64,000 nucleotides of DNA from Podarcis cretensis (lineage: Eukaryota), in the NCBI GenBank assembly GCA_951804945.1, contig OX638150.1, positions 38,750,001 through 38,814,000 on the forward strand. Reading direction: 5' to 3'. Shown in pieces: positions 11,701 through 23,700 of this stretch. The number at the start of each line of letters is the position of its first letter. The stretch's first letter is position 1. The notes below the pieces were generated by a model. That model was not told the DNA's origin and did not search any database. It was given only the letters and a program-made list of their open reading frames with translations. A program made the translations under genes and the position numbers.

Positions 11701-14700
11701 GCTTGTAAGATGACTATTGATGCTTAGTGATTTGCTGCCTAAGGGTTCTAAAGATGATCCCTAGTAGGAGGATGGTAATCAAGAAATGCAAAACAGTTTG
11801 TGCCCCAAATATCGCCACCAGCCATCTAGACGATCAGAAATGTAGTTTGCCTCCTATTTCAGTACTAGGGCTCCTCTGGGAAATGCTATTTTGTAGTCAG
11901 TTTGTAATGCATATTTGCAGCACTGTGAAGGTATATACCTAGAAGGGGGGGGGGGGGGGACGATGACGACAAGACAAAGTACCGTAAACTGAAAAGATTC
12001 AAGTGGTTTCTGAGATACCTTGCATGGTGTTTTGGCGCCTTGTATTTTCCTGTCACAACGACACATCTGTTGTTGTGTAGAATGCTGTTTTATTCTCTTG
12101 CGCCTCTTGCAGATAGTGCTATCCCCATGGATGAGGAAGTGCTAGTTCTTAAAACTGAGGGCCATAACAAGAATGAAGGTAATTTTTCAAACAAACAAAT
12201 AGGAGCTGTGGGGACTTCCAGATCAGGCCCATGGGGGCGAAGGGGAACTGTCTCTGCTGCGGCCCTGATCTAGATAAGAGGTCCCATAGCTACTACTGGT
12301 AACCACAGGAGGATGGGAGCCAGGTTGAGACTAGGGCAGGGGTAGGCAACCTAAGGCCCGGGGCCCAGTTGTGGCCCATTCGCCTTCTCAATCCAGCCCG
12401 TGGACGGTCCAGGAATCAGTGTGTTTTTACATGAGTAGAATGTATCCTTTTATTTAAAATGCATCTCTGGGTTATTTGTGGGGCATAGGAATTCGTTCAT
12501 CTCCCCCCCCCCCCCCCAAAAAAAAAAATATATATATATATAGTCCGGCCCACCACATGGTCTGAGGGACAGTGGACTGGCCCACGGCTGAAAAAGGTTG
12601 CTGACCCCTGCACTAGGGTTAAAGCTTCCCATCTCCATCTTGTAGTTCCAATCCAGTTTTCAGGAGTAGGAGTCGTTAGTTCCTATTTACTTTTTAAAAG
12701 TGAAGTGAAAACCATCCTTTCTGTTTTGTCCCTGAGTTGTGGTCCCTCCAAGCAAGATCCTTGTGTAAAACAAGAGCTAATGCTTTAGCTTCCTTTTTCC
12801 TCTGGCTTCTTATGCTCTACCTATTGCTTGAATCTTTTGTCTTATGACTTCATTCTACAGTCACCACTTCGTGCCATTAAGGACTCCTGTTTTTTGGTGG
12901 GGGGGGGTAAGCAGATGGCTTCTTAAAAGATTAATGAAGTTGTCTATAGCAGTATATTTCTAGCAGAAATAATAAATGGGGACTGAGTAACTTGGGCAGC
13001 TGTGAAGGTCACATCAGAAAAAGTAGCATAAGTAGGTAGACCACAGATTATTTGCATATTTTTATTCATAATGAGCAAAGCTTATAAAATTTGCATAAAC
13101 CTTGTGGCCGTCAAGTCATAGTTCTTGGACATTTCAAAACTCTCTATGCCTCTGTTAATGCAATTTGCAGGCACTCCCTTCCTAAATACCTTTAATTAGA
13201 AATCAGTTCAAGTGATTTAAGTGGAACATCATTTCATGTAAGTATGCTTTAGGGAACATGTTCTAAAACTGGTGATATTTGTAATAATTCTGGAGGTGGC
13301 TAACAATTGACAGTGGTTTTAATCTTAAGGCTTAGAAATGTGGTCTTTCCTTGCAAACAAATACTCCCTGTGGAAACAAATATTATCCTGGTTATTTGTA
13401 TTTTATGCAGCTTTTTATATCTTAAAACTAACTACATTAAAGAGTTTTGAATCCCCAGAAGATCAGAATTGTGACACAATCTCTCAAATAAAGAGATAGT
13501 ATTAAATTGCCCCAGTTTGGGGGGGGGGCGGAATGAAAGAAATGGAAAGCTGTGAATGGGGCAGGATGATCAGCGATTTCCTACGCAATGGAGGGTATGT
13601 TGGTGGTTCACTGGAGAAAGCATTTAGAAGCAGTCCTGCCCTAACCACTCATTTCTTTTCTCTGTGGACAGTATTCAACTAAATCTTGTGCTAGCACAAG
13701 GGGATTTCACCTCGTTTCTTTCCCCCACATGCACCCCATGCCATCCCAAAATCCCTGAAGGATAGAGAAGAAACCCCAGAACAGATTTAGAGGGCATGCA
13801 AGCGGAAGATGGGGAGAACATTTCATTGCACAGGGTGAAATCCTTGTCCTGACCTTAGCACTATGCTTCACTTGAGCTCCACCTTAGCACTATGTTGAAT
13901 ACAACTCAACACCTGCTAGATCAGTCAAGAACATAGCTCCCATTCCTGCAATCTTAAAAAATGTTATCCTAACCAGAGAGATTATCCCAATTTTTTCCCA
14001 TAACTAGTTTTGGCAGGAGGGTTACTTTCCATTCTCCCTAAACATGTCAAAATTATTAACCCAATCTTTCCATCCATTCTTCTTTCTGTAGTAGTTCTTT
14101 TCAAATGAGTTTCTAAAGAAGCAAACCTCTTCTTAATCTGGCAAGTCCCTGGTTCACACATGATCTATAATGATGGTAGTGTCCTGGCTGGGTATTAAAA
14201 AAACCTTTCTCCTGTCTACACACTTAAGTCTTCATGCAGCGAGAAGGTGACTAGCTACAGAATTCTGGCAAACTCAAGAGAATCAGTGACTGATGAGTGC
14301 CATCTCCACTAAGGAGGCGTTGTTAGGAATAGGTTGCAAGAAGTATTTGGGGAGAGTACTACCAGAAATAACACACACAGAAGCCCTAGCAAATGGTACA
14401 ATTAAGGCAATGTGAACACATGATGTGGACAATGCAGATGAGTGCACTAGCTCTGAAGTTACTTGTTCTTTCCAGGCTTCTGAAATGTGCATGTGTCTGC
14501 ATATAAACAACTTTCTACACTTTATACATTTGCCTTCCATTTGCTGTAAGATGACTGAAACAGTGGTGAAGGGAAGGGGTGGAGCAAGTAGTGCTAGAAT
14601 GCTCATCCTACTGCCCTCCCTATTATTCTTAAATTGACCAGACTTTAAAATATACTTTGGACTAGAGAAGTAGTTTCTTCAGTTCCAAAGTAGTAACGAG

Positions 14701-17700
14701 AGAAGAGCTAGAAGTTAAAATGTGAGACATAGGGACAAGACCTGGAAGGTGGGGATGGTTCTGTACATCCATCACAAATTAAGGAAGAGGCTTGTCCTTT
14801 TTCATACTCCATTCTATCCTTTCCCCTTATTTGGAATCTCAAAAGGCAGACCAGGGCAGTGCTACTCAAAGTGGTGGTCCATGGATTTGTGCTCGTCTGC
14901 AAACCATCAGCTGCTGGTCCACAACAACTCCACCACAGCCCAAGCTGGGAGGGATGTTTCAGGGACCAAATATGGTACCAGTTCCTGGCACATCAGTGGG
15001 GTGGGAATTGCTGGTCCACCACATCAAACAGTTTGAGAAACACTGGACTAGGGAATGCTTTCAGGACAGCTATTTTTCTGCTGTCTGAATACTTAGCTTT
15101 CAATACTACTCATGAAACAAATCATCAGAGCTTGTGAAGAATTTCTGTAAAGGGGAACAGTATAGTCTGGCATTACATTTAATATAGAGATAGTGTTCTT
15201 CATTGTGCCTTTTGGTTGAAGATCTTTAGGTTATACTACTGATATTTATTCCCAGCTCATCCATAACTAGGACAGCTACATGTACTATTTTTGTTAATCA
15301 ATACGAGATTCTCTTAGCAAAATTCGTACACTGTGGTTTAAAAGAGGTCCTTCCTTCTCCTGCATAGCAAAGTGTTTTATTGAACTATGTGCTGCTTCAA
15401 AACCCAACCCTCTAGAGTAGATTTTCTGGGGGAATGAAGGAAGGCTTGAATAAAATCACATGTCTCTTCTGCCTACTGGAGAATCCTTTGAGAAGAGCTA
15501 CAGTCATAGGATCTCTGGATTCAAGCTCTTTCTTAGATCTATAATGCCTTATTTGTCTTTGTCATCACTAACTCCCATTTTGCACCACTGAAAACATTAA
15601 TTCTTGGGAAGCACAAAAGGAATTGTCTGCTTAGCCCTAGAGTTGCCCTCCAAAGGGGCCAGGCAGCAGAATGTATTGATGTCCAAGTGGCATCCTTCTA
15701 AATTATTGGTCCTAAAGCTAAATTCTAAACAGAAAATGTGGGAATAGTATGCACAGAAGACAGGTATGAATATGGGTTGGTTGTGCACAGCATTCTTTCT
15801 AGTCTCTTGGCTGGACTGTCTTTTTATTGATTTAATACCACTAATCTCCATGTCTACTGTTGGGAGGAGCAGAGATCAGTATGTAAATCAGTGCAGTTCC
15901 CATGTTGAATGTGAATATTGAGTACGTGTACTGCATCCAACAACCAGTACCCTACAACAAGGCCTTATTCTTCAAATGTGATCATTTTTGTTTGTTTGTT
16001 TCTCCCAATTTTTTCTGGAACAGAATACAATGATGGCATTCGTGTACCAGGTTCTGGTCTTGTAACAGCATCATTGTAGTTTCTGGGGAAGACAGAAAAG
16101 GCAACCCTGACCTGCAATAATGTTATCTGTGCACCAACCTGGTGCATAATGTGTGTATACAGAATCAAGGAACTGAACCCAATGTTTATTTCATATGTAC
16201 TGCTTAAATCTGTAGACACAGGCCAAGTCACAAAAATCAGGTTAGACTTTTAATAAAATAGGTATGGAGGTTTTTTGAGTGGTTTTTTTTTTTTTAAGTA
16301 GAAGTGTTTTCTGTTCCAGGCATATCTAGAATTGCATTCAATTAGATAGGCTTCCCAGCTTTTCAGAATTAATAGCCCAATGTTGCAGGTGTATATGAGT
16401 TAATCCTCTTGTTCTTGCAGCATCAGAAATAGAGCCTTCATCTTCATTTCCTTGTGAAGTCACTTGGGAGGTATGAGGCTCTGGTGGTGTCACACAACAG
16501 TGTGATGTCAACGAAAGCTAGCAGAAATTACCTAACTAGTTTTAGTGTCATATATCCATAGACTTGGGTTTATTAATTGGGTCTTGTGGGGTTCCTCTGA
16601 TTTGGGCCTTTCTGGTATTATCTGAACCACTAAGTTGCTGATACCATCTTTCCTGTTAGCATGCAGAAAGCAGTGAGGAAGATGCACTCCTGCAGTTGCT
16701 TTTAATCTACTGTTTAGATATGTCAGTGTAGAGTGGTATGATTGAGGCTTTGTGGTAAGCCATATGCCTTGAGCTTGTGCAAATGAAAAGTTTGAATTAG
16801 CTGCTATATATGTGCGTATGCATGTGTGTATGAAAGAACATGAGGGTAACAGAAGAGCAATACAGCAAAAACAACTTGAGGTTAAAATGCATGCCATGTT
16901 GGTTTAGTTGAATTTCTTGCTTACGTTAGATACTGAGATGCAGGGCCCAGGTGCTTAAGACCATACTGCACAATCCTATACATGTTGACTCAGAAGTAAT
17001 TCCCATTGAGTTCCGTAGGGTTTACTCCCAGGTAAGTGGTTATGGGATTGTAGGCTAAATCTAGCAGGCAGATTTCTGAAGTGTCCAGTTGATTACTCTC
17101 CTGGAAATAAATCCCATCAATTCACTTCCTTGTTAAAGTGTGTTGGTATTAATGTGTCATATGCCAATCATTCCTATGCATTGCAAGGGGGTTGAACTAG
17201 ATGATCCTCGTGGGTCACCCTGCAATTCTATAATTCTGTGATTGAATAACAGAAATGTTCATAAGCTGTTTTTAAAAACTTAGGTCAGTTCATCCCTTTG
17301 CTAACAAAGGAAGTACATTATTTTTAGAAATACTCAAATTTTGCATCAGAATTTTAATTCTGTTATTGAGTTAGGCAATTTAAATTCTTTTCCTCAATGT
17401 GTTAAAATAGATCAAGTTTAATCCAGACATTATTTCCATAACCTGTCTGTCTGCACAAAACATTTATTATTGAAGTTTGCTAAGTGGAATCTGTGCTATG
17501 GTGCCTCATTAATCTCCTTTACTTCTTCTCAAACTGGGGCTTCCTGCTTCCTTGACATGAAGACTGTTGCTGTGAGGAGATAGGAGGTATGAAAAACCAG
17601 ACAGTCAGTAAACATGGGGTGTTCTCGGCGCACTTCATTGCAGAATACATGGTAGTAAAATGTTTGATAGGCTCAACTTTAAGTTCAACTGCAGCTTTAA

Positions 17701-20700
17701 CTTGCCACTTGTTATAGTTGTGAGATACAGCAATGTATTTATGCTTAGGAAACTTACACACATTTATAGATGCTATATGTATTAGTATGCCAGCAGATTC
17801 TTCTTCTTTTTAAGCGAGGAGTTCCCCATTGCCCATTGGCTACAAAAAAAGCACATGTACCTACTAGTATCTGCAAGTATGTCCTTACTCTCCTGCATTC
17901 ACACATTCGGGCTCACAGATACATGTGCATATGCTAGCATACTCCTATATGCACACTGATCTACACATTCTTTCTCATGCCCAGAATGTTTTCTCAGTTG
18001 CATGCAGACCTGCACATCTCCCTTCAGTAGGCAACAGTATGGGCTTGTTTTTGCTAGTTACTTTTGCTGGATTTTGTGACCCAGCTACATCACGTAGTGG
18101 TAATTCAAGCTACAGTCAAGGCTGTGTTCCTGCCCATTTTTATTGAACCGTGTACACATCCTATGCATGTTAGTGCTTCAGAATAATGAGGTGATATATT
18201 TTGACCCTTGACCTAGCAATATTATCAAAAATATGAATACATGGGAAATATTTTGCGGCTAGCCACCAGCATTAAAGGAAGGGGTTTTAGTATAATTGTA
18301 AAAACAAGAGCATTTGTAGACCAAAGAAGCTGTTTGTCAGATTCAGACTTGCTCAGTGGCTCAATTTGGTGTTAAGTTCAGAAGCCCTGTCCAATGACTA
18401 ATCTATTGATATTGCAATATTAAATGTCATTGTGTATGTGAAATGTTTCATGTAGGGAAGAATATGTTACATTTTTTGGTTCTGGTTTATTTTGGATGCT
18501 TTCAATACAGTAATACATGTTCTCTTGCCGACAAGAGTGTTTTTTGTGTGTTTATCTCTCAGGTAAGCGCAGAGCACTGAAGTTGAATTTTGCAAACCCA
18601 CCTTTCAAATCCACAGCGCGATTTACTTTGAACCCTGGAGTTCCTTTTCAGAATCCACACATGTGAGTATAAAGCCAGAAATTCCACCAGATGGAACCAT
18701 TTTGAAGTAGGAAGATAAAGCACTTTCCTTTGTCACACAAATTTTGTAGGCAGTTCAAAAGATAAAATTGTAGTCTGGACTGAGACGTAGGATGTTCTGT
18801 TTATGTAACATTTTCTCATGTATTTTTGGAACTTCAAATAAGCTGTTTTACCTAAAGGCTTAAAGTAAGACTACTCCTTTGAACTGTACCAAAAAAAAAA
18901 AAAGTCCTGTCATTTGCTGGCAAGTCATCTCCATATGGCAGAGGTAGCTTACCTGTAGTCCTCCAGATATTATTGAACTACAAATTCCCATCAGCCCTAA
19001 TGAGCGTGACCAAATGTGGCCCCACGCTGCCAACCACAGTTTAGCCACTCCTGCCTTATGGTTAATCTCACTCACGGACTGCTTAAACCTATGCCTGCTG
19101 CTTTTCAAGTTTGCAAAGTTTTTATTCCTGTATTTGATTTTAAGATATTTGTGTGAGACATCTTAGTTTTAAAATTGAGGGGATTCTTTTTTTTAGAAAT
19201 CTAAGAGGTGGTGAGAAGTTACTAGAACCCTGTAAGTCTCCAAGAAAGGTGTTACGGACAGCCTTATATACAGATTCAGTGTAAATTGGAGTATCCAACA
19301 ATTGGTTGTTTAATGCAGCAGAATGTCTCTTGAAATACAAGCCTTGTGTCCTCAGATCCACCAATCTGGACTGATGGGTAACTTCTCAGGCTGTGCAGTC
19401 AGCATCTCCTTTATATTGCCTTGTGAGGTTTTTGAAGTCCGGCAGAGTAAAAATCCTCAGAGCCTTGTGCCTGTCATTCCTCCAGTTGCTTGTACTTCCT
19501 TTGGACAATTCTGCCATGTATGTGTGTCTGTATGTTGCGGCTTTGTTCATATAGCTCAGAGCTTTCTATTTCCTATGAATATATCCGTTTCATTTCCTTA
19601 TTTAGAAACTCTTCCTTGTTTTGATTCTAAAGCTATCCAGGTAATTATAGATGGACTTTGGAAAAGTATTCCTGTTACTTATAAGGTCAGTTCTGAAAAC
19701 CAGAAGATGCAGATATTTCAGTAGACATTCTTCTAAGATGTCCAGTTTCTCATCCAAAAAGAAGCGAAGCAAGGTTCAGCCTGCAGAGTTCTGGCATCCA
19801 GCAGTACCACCATTTATAAAATGCCATATTAATTTAAGGACTTAGGACTTACTCCCCATGTTAGAATATATAAGCTAGCTGGACACAATCTTTTTACAAT
19901 AACCTCATAGGTCCTTTCTCTATGTAGTGGTTCTGCACAACTTTTGTCTTTCAACTTTTTCTCTTTGATAGATTTCACCTTCGTAAGACCTTTATTCTTA
20001 GTAAGTTAACTCATCACCTTCTAGTGACTTTCTTTAGTAGTGATATTTTTCATCCAGTGACTTTCTGAACAGGAATTTCTGTAGATAATAGCTGTTCTTG
20101 TCTGGCAGTTCTTCTTGCATCTAATAATAAAATCCCTAATTTCAGGCTCATCAGGCAGCTGGTGGTATTGCTTTGAACTTAAGACTATTTTGATAAAGTA
20201 GGTTGGACAAGGGGAGAAATAAGTTTTTTCTGCAACAGCCAGCTTCCCAAATATTGTGTTAGGGTTTTTTCTAGACCACCCACTGTATAGATAAATATAT
20301 CTTACATTTTATACTGAACATCATCAATAATCTGTTTTGAGAATACACTTGTTATGTAGTCTGTGAAAGGAAGTCTGTTTCTTTTATAAAATTTGTGTTG
20401 GGTAGTTCTTTTGAAATAGGAAAGGCTTGTTTTATCCATTTGTCCCCCTCACCTTTACAAACTCCTCATTTAGTATTTAGGCTGCAATCCTGTACCTGCT
20501 TACCTGGGAACAAGCCCCACTGAAGTCAGTGGGACTTACTTCTGAGTAGTCTTGTCTAGCATTGCACTGCGAGTGTTCAGTGGTTAATTTTTTTATCTTA
20601 TGTCTCAGATTTATGAAGGTTTTCTTAGGAGCTGGTATGTTAACAAGTAAGGGTCATAACATTCAAAAAAATCTTAAATTCTTTTTGAAAATCTTTTGCT

Positions 20701-23700
20701 AATGTGGGTTTTTCTAATATGTCATTCTTCTTCCAGACACCTTTTCTTGTGTTGGATATTTACTTTGTTACATAGTATGGAAGTCCATATGTGCTGTGAA
20801 TGAGGCAATTTGCTGTTATTGGATTAAATCTTGTTTTCCAGTCATTGTAGATAGTGCTTCGTTAGTTTGTTACTATTCTTTATTCTATGAGTTGGTTGTT
20901 ATTCTTCATTCTGTATAAAAGAGCAGCCTGTGTTGATTAGATTTTGGGGATATAGTTTGTCATCCCATTCATCTAGATGGGTAATGCTGAAATTTCAGAG
21001 AGGATATTTTCTTCTGTGGAGGCTAGGCATTTGGGCTTAGTTTTGAAGGCTTTATCATATTTTTCTAAATGATTGAAAATGTTGGACTATTTGCTTGATC
21101 TTTGTGTCCTTAAAGCTAATGGCAGTCATTGGTTATACTGCTCCTTACCCACATTTAATTGCCCCTTAGGCATACTTTGTTGGGTTCACAAGTTGTGTTC
21201 AGGGGCTTCAGTGATGGAATTTTTAGATAAAAAATTGCAGCTTTTATTACAGGCAGGTTGAGGAAAGGAGAGCTCTTCATTCCAAGATTTTCTCTGTCCA
21301 GAATTCAACTGCCTCCCAGAAAACAGCTATGGAGGAGATTACCAAAACACATTGTTCAGGTGAAAAGTGGTTTCAGAAGGGGATAAATATACTTGGTGAT
21401 AAGTATCAATATGTGCTTGCAGGCTTCTCTGTTTATAAGGAAGAACTGGTTTTAGCATAATGTTAGCTTTCTTTCTGTAGAATTTGTGGTTGGCTACTTT
21501 ATTCAAGGTGAAGCTGCCTGGTTTGTTCTGCAGCTATATGTAAATTAGGCATAAAGCTTTGCGGAAAACTGCTGCCAGTGTGCCCACCAACAGGTTAGAG
21601 TTTATTCACACTTTATTGCACCGTCTTGTGCCTTCTCCTGTCACCTTGGCTAGTTAAGGAGCAGAGTTCTTTATGTGTGCTGTAAAAGTTGCTTTATGTG
21701 CTAACATTGTGGTTAAAATGATGTTACATACATGCAATTGTAATATGTCTGTATTGGTCCTATAATTTTAACTTGATAAATTTAAGACTAGTTACTCTGA
21801 CTTGATGTTTTTATGGTGTGTCTAGGTCCTCTCCAAAGGCTGAATTAGATCTCCTGAATTAGCAGTTACCTCAGATGCCACATGTATATAAAGGCAACAA
21901 CTTATTTGCGCCTGTTTGTGCGCATGCGCATCAAATTGACCTGGAAGTGGCTGGAAAAGGAGGCTTAATGGGGCAGAGTGGGCTTATGTGTGCTCCACCA
22001 TCGTGCACAGTAACCTGGCACGCAACCCCCACACAAATCGGGGGTTGCCTGTAATTCTTTCTTCTGTGTAGTATAGATTGACAGAGATTCTCATTTTGTG
22101 TTTTGTAAACAGTGTAGTACTTCATTTTCATAGTTTCACCATAGAATATTAACATAGCAACAACTTCCACAGTGGGAAGGTTCACATGAGTCCTATGATA
22201 GATCAGTATTGTTACTACTCGCTCTTCCATTTCACCCTCCTTTTTTCTACCTCTGGCTTGGCTTCTTCTGATTTGGATGGATTAGGGTCAGATTTTTCCC
22301 TAGATTGATTGTAGATTATTCTGAAAGTTTGCTGAGGTGGTAGATATACAGTCCTCCATGCACATGAGTCTGTTGCTTAATTCTAGGTAAACTATACAGT
22401 AAGATACAGAATGCGCAATAACATCTGTAGACCTTAGGGGCTGTTCTGGTACTGTGGTGATTTATGTTTGACTCACAATTGTTGCAGCCCTGGTTGGGTA
22501 TTTATATCATCTATGGAGCCCTGTTAATGAGTCCTGGAGGCTGCTATAGTGAACCACATTGAGACTAGAAATATTTCATGTTCCTTGGTGCTTTGCTGCC
22601 ATATTGCAAAAGATCAGACATAAGAGTTTCCACTTCCCAAAGGCACAACTGGGATATACAACACTTTGCCAGAACAGCAGCAGGTATGCTTCTTCCCTGT
22701 TGCAGTGCAGCTGTGTTTGTTGCACAGTGGCTGCAGAGAGTGAGTGGGGAAAGCATGTACATACATGGCTTTCTTGAAAGTAAAAGGCCAGGTAAGAGTT
22801 TTTCCCAAGCTGGTTCTGCCCTGTTTACTGAGGTTTAGCTGCTTCAGCTAAAGCAGATTGGTAAGCTCTGGCATTCATTGGGGTGGAATCTACACACAGG
22901 TTAAAAACGTTGTGAAAATGCTTTTTCTAAAATCGTTTTGAAAAATGCATGGAATTTGCTATAGCTCACAGTTGGCTTCTAGTGTCACAATTGTTTATTG
23001 CACTTTACAACACATTCAAAACGTTTTGTTTGCAGCTGTATAGCTAAGTCCTCCAGATCTCTAGATTGTATTTCTTTGCAAGAAGTGAGATACAAACAGA
23101 TACTTTCAAGCTGACCATCACCTTGTTACATTTCATCAGAAAGAATTCTGCTTAATTCTTGAACCCCAATAGTTCACAGTTCCTGCTAAGTCTTTTACAC
23201 GGCACTTTTCTTGCTATACACTATAAAACTGACAGCATTGAGGGGAAGTGAATATGGCTGGAGAGCTCGAAAGGGGTTTGCAAGTGATCCAGATCAACAT
23301 CTTTACTACGTTCATAAGTCATTAGTTTCTCTTTGAATACAGAATTGTTGAGGCCATCCAGGTTACATAGATGAGTTGCATGTAGAAGAATAAGTTACTG
23401 CAGTTGGAGCATGGCTTCCTAAGATAGGCACTAAGATCCAAAGTACACACTTCAAAACTTGATGAAGTTGAACCAAAGTTCTTGATTCTGAAGGCTGCAG
23501 CATGGACAGATTCTCAAATGGATGGCATTGTGTTAAATCTTCAGGTCTTAAAAAGACGAAATAAAATCGGAGCAAGGGAGATTTGGCCATAATTAAATCA
23601 TTTCTGCTGGAACATGACTTTAATCCTGAAGTACCTAATGATTCTGTGCATCTAGAATAGAAGAGGAAGTACTAGACTGGCAAGTTCCCCCTAAGCTTTC

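Noticed and set aside
14966-14975. Perfect CArG box CCAAATATGG (also at 35104-35113) as a possible SRF/myocardin site
   Set aside because: Several CArG matches are expected by chance in 64 kb, and the first copy lies inside a MITE. There is no conservation evidence.
15400-19860. Possible decayed retroelement-like coding remnants near 15.4-16.1 kb and 19.2-19.9 kb
   Set aside because: I could read no diagnostic motif or terminal structure; a repeat-library search is needed.
21919-21930. NRF1 palindrome TGCGCATGCGCA (also near 36694)
   Set aside because: The motif recurs inside transposon interiors in this window, so it is probably repeat-derived rather than a promoter.
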